IMG/VR virus record: IMGVR_UViG_3300045049_000270 | Origin: a virus | Lineage: Duplodnaviria > Heunggongvirae > Uroviricota > Caudoviricetes | Length of the DNA stretch: 64,000 nt | Strand: one strand, 5' to 3' | In this document: in pieces, positions 9,334 to 18,651 of the stretch | How positions within the stretch are numbered: the first letter of the stretch is position 1 | How the letters are laid out: each line of letters begins with the position of its first letter | Notes under the pieces: generated by a model | The model's database searches: none | The model's input: only the letters and a program-made list of their open reading frames with translations | Told to the model about the DNA's origin: nothing | Made by a program: the position numbers and the translations under genes

Positions 9334-9810
9334 GTGAACCTAATGGAAAGCTATATGAAAGGCGTACACTATTCAGGTGATAAGATCGAAGTTGGTCAAG
9401 TGATACGAAGCCATCAATCGATGGGGCTGACGTATCAGTTTGTATGGGAACGATATAAGTTAGTTGCTGACCAGCACGGTATTTTCTTTCCCAAAGAGTT
9501 TGGTTACGCTTATCCCATCGATCATGACAAGCGAAAGATCGACTATGTGTATTTGGTCGAAGCACCAGACGACCGCGTCACGCGCGGCAATTACGAATAT
9601 TCTGTGTATCACGTCATGGCAACTCTCAACCAGAGAATTGGTGGTAGAGGACTACCATTAGCTGAACGCCTTGCTCTTCGAGAAAAAGTGGTTCACGCCG
9701 AAGCTGAAAAGTATTTCATGATTGGCAATAACAAAGCGTATGATGTCAAAGACAAGATCGAATTGATATCAGACTGCTGGGTTATCACAAAGGCAAGTTG
9801 GAAAAAATAA
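9334..9810 (+). CDS. hypothetical protein, possible ADP-ribosyltransferase-like fold
   Basis: HYS..IEVGQVI...GYAY...YVYLVE pattern is reminiscent of Arr-like ARTs (weak). Confidence 0.55.
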   Translation: MNLMESYMKGVHYSGDKIEVGQVIRSHQSMGLTYQFVWERYKLVADQHGIFFPKEFGYAYPIDHDKRKIDYVYLVEAPDDRVTRGNYEYSVYHVMATLNQRIGGRGLPLAERLALREKVVHAEAEKYFMIGNNKAYDVKDKIELISDCWVITKASWKK

Positions 9811-9811
9811 T

Positions 9812-10090
9812 ATGAAAAGACCTATTGAATGTCCGCGTTTGCTTTGGTGGTTCATCTGTTTTTGGACCTTCTTTGCTGAACTGTGGTTTAATATTTCTCC
9901 TAGGGGACGTAGGCTCCGCAAAGAATGGAGTCAACCACTAAATGTCTTTACACCAGTTACGAGACCAACTGCGTTCTCAAGTGATGAAAATCCGTTTGAG
10001 GATGATATGCCAACAATGGGCCATGAACTACGGGCGCAACGTGAAGCAGAAAAGAACACGGTTACATTGAACAACCCACCAAAGCAATAA
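9812..10090 (+). CDS. hypothetical protein with a hydrophobic, aromatic N-terminus
   Basis: LLWWFICFWTFFAELWF segment. Confidence 0.6.
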   Translation: MKRPIECPRLLWWFICFWTFFAELWFNISPRGRRLRKEWSQPLNVFTPVTRPTAFSSDENPFEDDMPTMGHELRAQREAEKNTVTLNNPPKQ

Positions 10091-10100
10091 GGGAGCAACA

Positions 10101-10454
10101 ATGGCATTCGATCGATCAGCCTTCATTAATGACTTATTGATGGTGCTTCGTGCGAACGAAGTGGCAGCAGCACTTGATACGCCAGATCATCATCGCGAAC
10201 AATACGTCTTGCAATTTCAAGAGCATCAAAAGCGTATTGATAAGGTGTTCGAGATACTTGATCGTGTTGAAGATATGCAGTCTGCATTACTGCGTATATG
10301 CTATGACGATCAAGTATCCGAGGTCTCAAGCAATCTAAATAACAGCCCATTTCATCTAGCATTCTTTGCACTTGGTGGAAAAATGGAAGCTGGTAGGTTG
10401 ATGGACAATGAGATTAGTATACGACAACGGATCAATCATGCTTATCAAAAATAA
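10101..10454 (+). CDS. hypothetical protein
   Basis: GGGAG RBS; 117 aa. Confidence 0.7.
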   Translation: MAFDRSAFINDLLMVLRANEVAAALDTPDHHREQYVLQFQEHQKRIDKVFEILDRVEDMQSALLRICYDDQVSEVSSNLNNSPFHLAFFALGGKMEAGRLMDNEISIRQRINHAYQK

Positions 10455-10980
10455 CAAACTGCTTTTCTGGCGGAATGGAGATCCTTATTCAAATTGGGCC
10501 TATACACCAAGCTTCACATTACGTGGCTATACGTTTGCTTATGCCGAACAACCCATGATGTGGTTGAAAGCGTTGTTATTCAACGATGACGAAACTGCTC
10601 AACGCATTCTAGATACCAAGTATCCTTGGGATGTCAAGGACAAGAAAACCAAGAAAGTAATTGAATATGGTCACAAATCGCTTGGGCAGCAAGTCAAAGG
10701 ATTTGATGAGCAGGTCTGGGTTGAAAATCGTGAACTCATCATGGATGAAGTCACGTATGCTAAATTTAGCCAGATCACTGATTTGCGTGAAGGCATAGTA
10801 GCATCGCATCCTTTAATGCTTGTAGAAGCCAGCCCATATGACCACATCTGGGGCATTGGGTTAGAAGAAAATGATCCCCGTGCTTGGGATGAAGCAACAT
10901 GGCCACCAGGTGTCCTCAATCTGCTTGGTAAATCTCTTGAACGCTCGCGCGCTCGAATCATTCAGGAATCATCAGTATGA
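10438..10980 (+). CDS. NADAR (YbiA/DUF1768) family protein
   Basis: YSNW, AEQPMMWLKALLFND, KSLGQQV, KFSQ, LVEASPYDHIWGIG, NLLGKSLE. Confidence 0.9.
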   Translation: MLIKNNKLLFWRNGDPYSNWAYTPSFTLRGYTFAYAEQPMMWLKALLFNDDETAQRILDTKYPWDVKDKKTKKVIEYGHKSLGQQVKGFDEQVWVENRELIMDEVTYAKFSQITDLREGIVASHPLMLVEASPYDHIWGIGLEENDPRAWDEATWPPGVLNLLGKSLERSRARIIQESSV

Positions 10981-11195
10981 ACTTGACATTCGGTCCTCCA
11001 CTAACAGCAGGCGATGTCAAGGAAGTTGGCTGGTATTTTCTGGATAGGCCCGGTCCTCCGCGCGGTTATGTATACATAGCAGGTGACCCAGATGATAATC
11101 TTTGGTTGTATTCAGTTTCTGGCAAACCATTGAAATTCAATAATCGCTTCATCGGTACATTCTACCGAGTGCCGAGTGATCCATTAGAAGAATAA
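10977..11195 (+). CDS. hypothetical protein
   Basis: ATGA-coupled to NADAR. Confidence 0.6.
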   Translation: MNLTFGPPLTAGDVKEVGWYFLDRPGPPRGYVYIAGDPDDNLWLYSVSGKPLKFNNRFIGTFYRVPSDPLEE

Positions 11196-11217
11196 CTGAC
11201 AAGTTACTTCTGACTAA

Positions 11218-11261
11218 AATGGCAACAAAGTTCTTGACGCTTTGTTGCCATTCTTTATAAT
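11218..11261 (+). promoter_or_regulatory. sigma70 promoter with its -35 box inside a 13-bp inverted repeat
   Basis: aatggcaacaaag / ctttgttgccatt flank TTGACG (11234); TATAAT at 11256 (16-nt spacer). Confidence 0.7.
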
Positions 11262-11293
11262 AGTTACTGCAGGTTAACCCTTCAGTAACTTAC

Positions 11294-11614
11294 ATGAAAG
11301 ATCGCGCAGTCCGTTTTACTGGTGTGACATTAAACGCATCAGACATCCTCGGCAAATATGGTAATCGTAAAACGAAAGGCCCGTTCCCCAAGCATTGGGA
11401 GCGAGTTCAAGTACAAATTCATCAACACGATTATGGCAAAGATTTCATCCAATTGATGGATGAATATATTGCAAAACATTTCGAGGGTAAATGGGGCGTA
11501 TATAAAAATGACTACGAGTCTGCACTTGTAGTCTTCTTCGAAGATGGCAATGACGCCATTATGTTCAAACTCATGGATGGCGCAACCGCCTATCTAAATC
11601 AATCTGAGGAATAA
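11294..11614 (+). CDS. hypothetical protein, FKL-family related
   Basis: VFFEDGNDAIMFKL near the C-terminus. Confidence 0.7.
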   Translation: MKDRAVRFTGVTLNASDILGKYGNRKTKGPFPKHWERVQVQIHQHDYGKDFIQLMDEYIAKHFEGKWGVYKNDYESALVVFFEDGNDAIMFKLMDGATAYLNQSEE

Positions 11615-11618
11615 AAAT

Positions 11619-12215
11619 ATGTCACTGGTACCGATGGTTATCGTCAATGACGGCAAGGGTGAACGTTCATACGACATTTACTCGCGTATGCTGAAAGAAC
11701 GCATTATTTTCATTGACGGTGAAATTAATGACCAAATGGCAAGTGTAGCAGTCGCGTCACTGCTACACTTGGAAGCGGAAGATGCGAACAGCGACATTTA
11801 TATGTACATCAATAGCCCTGGTGGTAGTGTACTGGCAGGTAATGCTATTATCAACACTATGGACTTTATCAAGCCAGATGTATGCACGATCGTTACTGGT
11901 CTAGCAGCAAGCATGGGTTCAATGCTACTAACGTCAGGTGCGAAAGGTAAGCGTTATGCATTGCCAGATTCGACGGTGATGATTCATCAAGTTTCGTCTG
12001 GTGCTCGTGGTGTGTACAGCGATTTGGAAATTTCGCTGAATGAAACCAAGCGTTTGCGTCAAGCACTGTATCAACGTTTGGCTAATACGACAGGCCACAC
12101 TTTCGAGGAAATCGAAAAGGCATGCGATCGAGATAATTACATGAGCGCAGCCGCCGCTATGGAATTCGGTTTGGTTGATCGAGTCATCAAGACACGTGCT
12201 GATCTTGCAAAATAA
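11619..12215 (+). CDS. clpP: ATP-dependent Clp protease proteolytic subunit
   Basis: DIYSRMLKERII, YINSPGG, AASMG (catalytic Ser), MIHQ (His), DRDNYM (Asp). Confidence 0.95.
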   Translation: MSLVPMVIVNDGKGERSYDIYSRMLKERIIFIDGEINDQMASVAVASLLHLEAEDANSDIYMYINSPGGSVLAGNAIINTMDFIKPDVCTIVTGLAASMGSMLLTSGAKGKRYALPDSTVMIHQVSSGARGVYSDLEISLNETKRLRQALYQRLANTTGHTFEEIEKACDRDNYMSAAAAMEFGLVDRVIKTRADLAK

Positions 12216-12360
12216 AGCTTCGTAGGAATATGAATCTTATCACTCTAATATCCGTGAATTTATCCATTACTGCTGCTGCCCGTCTCTGCTGCTGTAGTAG
12301 GTTGGATACTTGGACGGATAATGCGTGGTAAAATCACAAAGTAAGAGTGAATGCCCATAC

Positions 12361-12392
12361 AAGAAAGCCACTTTAAAGTGGCTTTCTTGTTG
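12361..12392 (+). terminator. intrinsic terminator
   Basis: Perfect palindrome aagaaagccacttt/aaagtggctttctt. Confidence 0.75.
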
Positions 12393-12446
12393 ATTGGTGG
12401 GTTGCCAGTTGTTAAAATGGCAATCTATAACAATAAGAATAAAATC

Positions 12447-13756
12447 ATGAATTACGAATTCCCTCACATTACCGATATTGGCGAAGTGCGTCAAGCATGC
12501 CTGAATGCCAACGCTCGTGTTCAAGCACCATGTTTTGCTGAACGTAATATTGGAGAAGGTTACATCGTATTTGACTATGTGGTAAACGTACCAGGTTTAT
12601 TTCCCGATCTTACTGGTGATGAAACGATTGATCGTGAAACCAAATTAGTACGTGAATGCCGTGGTTTGATATTTGACGAAAAGACTGGCCAAGTCATCGC
12701 CCGTGGTTACCACAAGTTCTTCAATGTCAACGAACGATCAGAAGTACTAGACTATAAAGTTGATATGTCACAACCATATGTGATTCTGGAGAAACTTGAC
12801 GGTTCAATGCTACGACCAATTCGGCCATTCGATAAGCGCGGTGCGAATGATCCAATTCGTTGGGGAACGATGAGGGTTGGACGCCAATTGCAAAGCATGT
12901 TGATGACTTTGTGAACGCATCACCACTTGGTTATAAAGAAATGGTGTTGTATTGTGAACACATGAATGTAACACCAATCTTCGAATGGTGTTCACGTAAA
13001 CAACCGATCGTCATTGATTACCCGGAAGATAAACTAGTATTGACGGCAATTCGCCATAATATAACTGGCGAATATTTCAACTACGATGATCTATTACAAA
13101 TTGGCGCAGAATTCAATATTCCAGTTGTGGAAGCTTTCCGTAAAACAGCGACTGATTTGAAGTCCTTTGTCAAATATGTTCGAGGAATCGAGAATATGGA
13201 AGGCTATGTGATTAGATTCCATTCTGGTCATATGGTGAAGTTGAAGGGTGACGAATATTGCTTCATACATAATAGCAAAGAAGCAATGGCTCAAGAAAAG
13301 GACGTAATCAAGTTGATTATGGATAATAAAGTTGATGACCTTCTACCAAAAATTGACGAAGCTGACCGGAGGTCACTATCTGAATTTCAGACTTTGTTCC
13401 ACGCAAACATCAACCAATACGCTCTGAAGATCAAATCAGAAGTTGATTCACATCGTGATGTGTATCCAACCAAGAAAGAGTTCTTCATGAATTTCGTGAA
13501 GAATTTACCGCGCGATGAACAATCGCTCTACATGCGTGCATATGAAAATCAAGATGTGCTTGCTTCGATTATGCAACAGATCAACTTACACACGGGTAGT
13601 GGTCCGCGCGTTTCAGAAGTGCGTAAGTTCTGGGGAGATGTCAATTGGCTCGAATTCCGCAAACCGCTCGATGTTGAGCTTACCGTGAAAGGTTATTTGA
13701 TCAACTTGTATAAGAAGGTAGTTGATCGCATTCGTCAGTTTTGGTTGGTTAAATAG
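12447..13756 (+). CDS. rnlA: T4 Rnl1-type RNA ligase, split by a 1-nt frameshift near 12870
   Basis: ECRGLIFD, YHKFFNVNE and motif I EKLDGS in the first frame; FEWCS, EGYVI and VKLKG in the second frame. Either a pseudogene or an assembly error. Confidence 0.85.
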
Positions 13757-13763
13757 AAAAAGC

Positions 13764-13791
13764 TTGACTTACAGCCAGAGAGTCGTATCAT
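13764..13791 (+). promoter_or_regulatory. sigma70-type promoter
   Basis: TTGACT-16 nt-TATCAT. Confidence 0.5.
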
Positions 13792-13823
13792 CTGGTTGTT
13801 CATTTAATCTTAGGAATTGTTTC

Positions 13824-14009
13824 GTGAGTGACATAGTTAAACAGTCGTTGGCAAAGATCCGTGCTCGGCAGATGATGTATTCATCACACAGCTTGGATAT
13901 TGTCGTGCCAGCGAAGTTTAACGAAGCATTCACCAGCAACGAAGCGAATCTCCTTGATGATCTCACAGGATGCAGCAATCCTAAGGTTCAGGTGCCCCAC
14001 AGGGAATAG
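13824..14009 (+). CDS. small hypothetical protein
   Basis: AGGA RBS then GTG (MSDIVKQSLAKIRAR...); sits between a promoter and a terminator. Confidence 0.55.
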   Translation: MSDIVKQSLAKIRARQMMYSSHSLDIVVPAKFNEAFTSNEANLLDDLTGCSNPKVQVPHRE

Positions 14010-14046
14010 TTATAGATTACACTGTAACTCACAAGCAACAAATCTC

Positions 14047-14078
14047 GAAGGGGCGAAAAAATCGCCCCTTCATTGTTT
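14047..14078 (+). terminator. intrinsic terminator
   Basis: gaaggggcga-aaaaa-tcgccccttc stem-loop. Confidence 0.7.
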
Positions 14079-14125
14079 GTGGCGTTTGTATTTGATTAAA
14101 CAATTGGCAAATGCCACAATGCATT

Positions 14126-15298
14126 ATGAAAAAGATTCCATTAAACAGTTTGGTAGTATTAGTAGATACCAATACGGCTGATATCCTTGGTAGGTTCCCC
14201 GACCATGAGGTTGTCAGCATTGAACAAATGCAGGCGACAATCACAGGGCCAGGGGACCGTCCAGACCTTCGTGCGCTGTATATGCGTGAACTAGAACATT
14301 TGGTAGCCACCAAACTCACGCTGGGCGAACGTGTAGTAATTGATGTTCCGGATTTGCGTCGTGATGCACGTATTGCACTAGCACATATCGCAGTGAAAAA
14401 GGGAATGAATGTCATCTATTTGGTCGATGACTTGAATGTGCGCAAAGATCTCAAACAAGGTGATAAGATCGCTGACGTGATCGATATCAAACGAGATCAG
14501 TTCGAAGTTATCATACCATATGACAATAGCGATTTATTCGCTCAGATCATTGCTCGTGGGTACGAAGGCATTACTGTTGTACCTGATGTGCATGGACAAT
14601 TGAATCCATTGTTGAATGTGATTCGTTGGGCTCAACGTAGAAATAATTTCATCTTGTTCACAGGCGACTTGATTGATTATGGAAAGGATTCTCTTGAGGC
14701 AAGTGAAGAAGCATATCGCTTAGTCATACGTGGTGAAGCAGAGATGATTCAAGGCAATCACGAGAAGAAGATCTACCGTTGGATCATGCAACGTGATGGT
14801 GGCGGTTCACACATCAAGTTGAGTGAAGGTAACAAAATGACAACCAACCGCATTGAAGCAATGAGTGAAGCTGAAGCGGAAAAATGGACGTCACGGTTTA
14901 AGGCTCTCGTCAACATGTCGAGAAACCACCGAATTGCACAAAACTTTGTGTTCACTCATGGTGCTGTTCACCCGGATATCTGGGCTAACACAGATAAACG
15001 TGTGACTGGCAAGTTTGAAGAAATGTGTTTGTTTGGTGAAGTTGATAATACTTCACCTCGCAGACAAGATGGATTCCCCAATCGTGTTTATAACTGGGTT
15101 GATCTGCTGCCGATGAATAGTGTTGCAATCGTTGGACATGACATCAGAAGCACAGAAATTCCGTTAGTGCATCAGGGGAAGTTGGGAGGCCAGGCTATTT
15201 TCCTTGATACTGGTTGTGGAAAGCATGGCCACTTGAGTACTGTGGACATTAGGTTCGTTGATGGCACGCCGAAGGTCGAGAACTTCAATAAGTTCTAG
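14126..15298 (+). CDS. Pnkp-like protein: degenerate kinase-like N-terminal domain plus calcineurin-like metallophosphoesterase
   Basis: DVHG, GDLIDYG, GNHE, THGA, GHD and LDTGC. The N-terminus resembles bacterial Pnkp (IPxxSLVVL) but has no P-loop. Confidence 0.8.
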   Translation: MKKIPLNSLVVLVDTNTADILGRFPDHEVVSIEQMQATITGPGDRPDLRALYMRELEHLVATKLTLGERVVIDVPDLRRDARIALAHIAVKKGMNVIYLVDDLNVRKDLKQGDKIADVIDIKRDQFEVIIPYDNSDLFAQIIARGYEGITVVPDVHGQLNPLLNVIRWAQRRNNFILFTGDLIDYGKDSLEASEEAYRLVIRGEAEMIQGNHEKKIYRWIMQRDGGGSHIKLSEGNKMTTNRIEAMSEAEAEKWTSRFKALVNMSRNHRIAQNFVFTHGAVHPDIWANTDKRVTGKFEEMCLFGEVDNTSPRRQDGFPNRVYNWVDLLPMNSVAIVGHDIRSTEIPLVHQGKLGGQAIFLDTGCGKHGHLSTVDIRFVDGTPKVENFNKF

Positions 15299-15352
15299 AC
15301 AATAAACATAGCTATTACGTTCCTAAATAATTGATTTACAAGAAGAACCATT

Positions 15353-15931
15353 ATGGAACGGATCAAAATAAACTTCGAAGCGGGTGGCGATGTTCTTGTC
15401 TTGAACACGGACGGAGCACCTGTCAACGTTCTGCCTATCAGCACTATGAGCTGGCGTGACGCGATCACTTCTATCTGGGGTGGTCATGTTGAACCAATCG
15501 AATATTACGAAGATTGGGTGGTGCGCTCGCCTTCTGTCGAAATGCAAGTTCCGGCGGTCGTCATGACGAAGAGTTACGTGAAGCCAGGACGCAATATGAA
15601 ATTTAGCCGTGCCAATGTGTTCTTGCGTGATGAGCACTTGTGCCAATACTGCCAGCATCGTTTCGGATATGACGAATTGACGATGGACCACGTTATTCCA
15701 CGTAAAGATGGTGGCGGCACTACATGGGAAAACATAGCAAGCTCATGTGGTCCGTGTAATGCAAAGAAAGGCCATAATCGACATATGAAACCTAAGACAA
15801 TGCCTTATCGTCCTTCATATTTTGAGATGGCAGCAAAGGCCAAATCTCGACCAATCGTGATCAGGCATCCAAGTTGGAACAACTACTTGATGTGGCCTGA
15901 AGAAAAGGTTAGGTTGATCGGTAGGAAATAA
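15353..15931 (+). CDS. HNH endonuclease (McrA-like)
   Basis: VLVLN, RDEHLCQYC, TMDHVIPRKDGG, WENIASSCGPCNAKK. Confidence 0.9.
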   Translation: MERIKINFEAGGDVLVLNTDGAPVNVLPISTMSWRDAITSIWGGHVEPIEYYEDWVVRSPSVEMQVPAVVMTKSYVKPGRNMKFSRANVFLRDEHLCQYCQHRFGYDELTMDHVIPRKDGGGTTWENIASSCGPCNAKKGHNRHMKPKTMPYRPSYFEMAAKAKSRPIVIRHPSWNNYLMWPEEKVRLIGRK

Positions 15932-15934
15932 ATT

Positions 15935-15970
15935 TTGACATTAAAGGTGGTTCTACTTAGAATCACCTTT
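15935..15970 (+). promoter_or_regulatory. sigma70 promoter overlapped by a hairpin
   Basis: TTGACA-17 nt-TAGAAT; inverted repeat aaaggtggttcta / tagaatcaccttt. Confidence 0.7.
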
Positions 15971-16007
15971 ACTCAACGATAATTAAAACAACAAGGAGTT
16001 TTGAGTA

Positions 16008-16319
16008 ATGTCAGACGTTATCGAGAACCAAACACCCGCCACTGATGCTGTTGAACCAGCAACAATCAGCGTGATCGACCTGCAGAACGTGGTAAAGATC
16101 ATTGATTATGCGGCTGAACAAGGTGCATTCAAGGGTTGGGAGGTTATTCGGCAAGTTGCAGCCGTTCGCGAAAAGATCAATGTTTTCGTTGAAGCCGCTG
16201 CTGCTGCACAAGCTGCTCAAGAAGAAGCCACAAAGGCTCAGGAAGATGCAGCAAAAACTGAAGCTGCACCAGCTGATGAGATGCCACCTGTAAAGAAGGT
16301 TAAGCGTAAGACCAAGTAA
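16008..16319 (+). CDS. small phage protein with an Ala-rich tail
   Basis: AAGGAG RBS; DLQNVVKIIDYAAEQGAFKG. Confidence 0.8.
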   Translation: MSDVIENQTPATDAVEPATISVIDLQNVVKIIDYAAEQGAFKGWEVIRQVAAVREKINVFVEAAAAAQAAQEEATKAQEDAAKTEAAPADEMPPVKKVKRKTK

Positions 16320-16385
16320 GCAGTTTCAGATTAGGTTAGGTGAGAAGTCACATTCCACCTAACCTTATTCATAAAGGAATATTTC

Positions 16386-17063
16386 ATGTCAAACATGTTG
16401 AAGCACGTCGGTAAGGTAAAGTCAACCGATCGTCGTTGTGTAGTTGTTTTCATGCAGCTACCAGAAAATCCAGGCCAGTCATTGATTATTGACGTTGAAA
16501 GCCTGACTCCTCGTTTCGAACAGATCATTCGTGAATTAGTTGAAAGTAAGGAAGGCCAGGAAGTTAATGACTTTGCTGAATTCATGACTCGTCGTAACGT
16601 GCCAGAAACGGGCCGTAACGTTCTGAATGAATTCCACGTAAATGGTCTGATGCGGGTTGAACCCATTGATAATATCATCATGGTTCCATTCCCAAATCAA
16701 CCAATTGCACTTGTAGACATTCTTGAAGCAAAGGGCACACTACCAAACGGCTTCAAGCAGAAGCAACAAGCTGAACTTGAAAGCTTCAACGCAGTCGTCA
16801 ATAACTTGAAGGCAATGCGTGAAGAAGAGCGTCTGCAGATGGCACAAAACTTGCTATTCGAAGCCGAACTCATCGAGAATGAAGCACGATCAAAACGTGA
16901 AGAAGCATATCGCGTGGCACCGGAATTGCGTCCAAAGCAGCATGCAACAATCAAGCCAACTGTTGAAATTGCTACTACAACGAGCGAAGCTACACAGCCA
17001 AAGAAGTCAAGCCGTGGTGCCGGTCGTCCAGCTAAGTCAGCAGCAGCCAAGACAGCAGAGTAA
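16386..17063 (+). CDS. phage hypothetical protein
   Basis: AAGGA RBS; 225 aa with a coiled-coil C-terminal half and a basic tail. Confidence 0.8.
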   Translation: MSNMLKHVGKVKSTDRRCVVVFMQLPENPGQSLIIDVESLTPRFEQIIRELVESKEGQEVNDFAEFMTRRNVPETGRNVLNEFHVNGLMRVEPIDNIIMVPFPNQPIALVDILEAKGTLPNGFKQKQQAELESFNAVVNNLKAMREEERLQMAQNLLFEAELIENEARSKREEAYRVAPELRPKQHATIKPTVEIATTTSEATQPKKSSRGAGRPAKSAAAKTAE

Positions 17064-17064
17064 T

Positions 17065-17352
17065 ATGCAAGACAAAGTCCAAAGCTTGATTGCACGGATC
17101 ATATCCGAGCGAGAACGCCAGAAGACTTTGCCTGGTTCAGAATGGGACAGCAAAAATTCAGTCAATGACTGGATAGCTATCGCTAGCCACTACTTGAGCC
17201 AACAAGCAAAGCGAAAGGGTTCAACTCGTATCAATCGCGGTGGTACAGTTTCGCAAAATGATTTTGAGGATGATTTGATCAAAGCAGCAGCCGTTATTTT
17301 GGCTGCGCTTGAATATTCTGATCACCTCAAAGATAGTGGCGAGCTGTCCTAA
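17065..17352 (+). CDS. hypothetical protein (MazG-like helical pattern, weak)
   Basis: Start placed at ATG 17065; ERERQ...W...DLIKAAAVILAALE. Confidence 0.65.
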   Translation: MQDKVQSLIARIISERERQKTLPGSEWDSKNSVNDWIAIASHYLSQQAKRKGSTRINRGGTVSQNDFEDDLIKAAAVILAALEYSDHLKDSGELS

Positions 17353-17372
17353 GCATGGAAACTTAATATGTC

Positions 17373-17397
17373 AGCCCCGAACCATTTCGGGGCTTCA
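17373..17397 (+). terminator. probable terminator
   Basis: agccccgaa-ccat-ttcggggct stem-loop. Confidence 0.6.
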
Positions 17398-17422
17398 TAC
17401 CATTAGAAGTAGAGAATTTAAT

Positions 17423-17650
17423 ATGGGTAAGCTCCCCGTTCCTTCCAAGGAACAAATTAGAGCGTATTTTGAGGGCACTACTTTTATGTCCGAAAGTTAC
17501 GTAGCAGATTTAATCGCAACATGCCACGCAGTATTGGTTGAAGTGCAAGAAGAAATGATTTTGCGCGAAAACCATCCCGAATTACAAGCGTTATACGAGC
17601 AATATTGTAAAGCGCTGAAAAATATTAATTCGGTAGATAATGTTCGGTAA
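17423..17650 (+). CDS. hypothetical protein
   Basis: Start placed at ATG 17423 (MGKLPVP). Confidence 0.55.
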   Translation: MGKLPVPSKEQIRAYFEGTTFMSESYVADLIATCHAVLVEVQEEMILRENHPELQALYEQYCKALKNINSVDNVR

Positions 17651-17690
17651 CCACCAAGTAAATACTAATGGACACTTTGCGGAGCATATC

Positions 17691-17957
17691 ATGAGCAAGC
17701 CCGACATTATTGACGAAATCATCAGTTCATTGGATCCTGAAACCGTTCCACCAGAATTCATTATTCTGGCTAAAGTTTATACTCACTGGGGAGAAGAACT
17801 GATACTCACTGCTCAAGAGCTTGAAGAGCTTCTTGATACTAATCCTGAAAAAGTGGCTAATGTCAAGATCATCCTTGACGTCCGCAAGATCAGAAAAACC
17901 ATCAACGCCGCAACTGATTCACTTTTCGAAGCTGCCAAGCGTAAGCTCCTCAATTAA
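17691..17957 (+). CDS. hypothetical protein
   Basis: GGAG RBS before ATG 17691; upstream TAAATA. Confidence 0.65.
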   Translation: MSKPDIIDEIISSLDPETVPPEFIILAKVYTHWGEELILTAQELEELLDTNPEKVANVKIILDVRKIRKTINAATDSLFEAAKRKLLN

Positions 17958-17958
17958 T

Positions 17959-18007
17959 TAGACAACCCTCCATTGTTACAATATAATTCGGCAAACAATG
18001 GAGGGTT
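17959..18007 (+). promoter_or_regulatory. sigma70 promoter with its -10 box in the loop of an RBS-sequestering hairpin
   Basis: TAGACA-17 nt-TATAAT; arms aaccctccattgtt / aacaatggagggtt. Confidence 0.7.
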
Positions 18008-18013
18008 TTCTTC

Positions 18014-18298
18014 ATGCAACATCCAAACGATCGAATGATCGAAACGCAAGCTAATCTAATAACGCAGCTTCGCAATCAAATACGTAGTCTTGAATTCCAA
18101 AAAGAACATGCTGAGAAAATTGCGGCTGATTCTTATCAACGCGCCGAATTCTATCGTATTCTAGAATCGTCTATCTCCAACAATGAGAGTCTCAAAGAAT
18201 CTTGGGATGCATTGCTAATTACTTTGAAATTAATTTATCCAGATATTGAGAAAAAATTCAATAACGTGTCATTGACGAGGGGATATGACAGTTTCTAA
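18014..18298 (+). CDS. coiled-coil hypothetical protein (paralogue of the next ORF)
   Basis: AEFYRILE...NESLKESW..L...LKL..P. Confidence 0.75.
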   Translation: MQHPNDRMIETQANLITQLRNQIRSLEFQKEHAEKIAADSYQRAEFYRILESSISNNESLKESWDALLITLKLIYPDIEKKFNNVSLTRGYDSF

Positions 18299-18638
18299 AA
18301 CAGCACTACAATATGCTGACGAAATGGACAGTTCACCAGAGCTATTAATCGCAAAGAAAGACGCAGAAATTATCGATCTTAAACGAAAGCTTGCTGCTAT
18401 GGAACGGCAAACAGAAAAAGCAGTTGCCATGTTAGACGAAGCTCGTAAAATTCTTAGTGGAAAATTTATCAAAGCTGATTTCTACGAAGTGATTGAACGC
18501 TGCGTTCGTGAAAATGAATCTGTAAAAGATGCTTGGGCAAACTTGATGTTGGTTATGAAGTTGGTAAATCCGGAGCTCGACAAAGAATTTCAAGGACTAA
18601 TCTTGAAAGATCGCAATAATCAAATGAAGTTAGGTTAA
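18285..18638 (+). CDS. coiled-coil hypothetical protein (paralogue of the previous ORF)
   Basis: ADFYEVIE...NESVKDAW..L...MKL..P. Confidence 0.75.
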   Translation: MTVSKTALQYADEMDSSPELLIAKKDAEIIDLKRKLAAMERQTEKAVAMLDEARKILSGKFIKADFYEVIERCVRENESVKDAWANLMLVMKLVNPELDKEFQGLILKDRNNQMKLG

Positions 18639-18651
18639 GCTGTAGAACAAA

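Noticed and set aside
6881-9565. Long antisense ORFs (327, 236 and 261 aa) opposite MoxR/VWA
   Set aside because: They are shadows of GC-rich, codon-biased sense genes and have no motifs or RBS.
12230-12344. Possible small membrane peptide after clpP (YPLLLLPVSAAVVGWILGRIMRGKITK in a frame lacking a start; ATG 12230 is in another frame)
   Set aside because: It would need another indel, and it is too short to support without reads or homologues.
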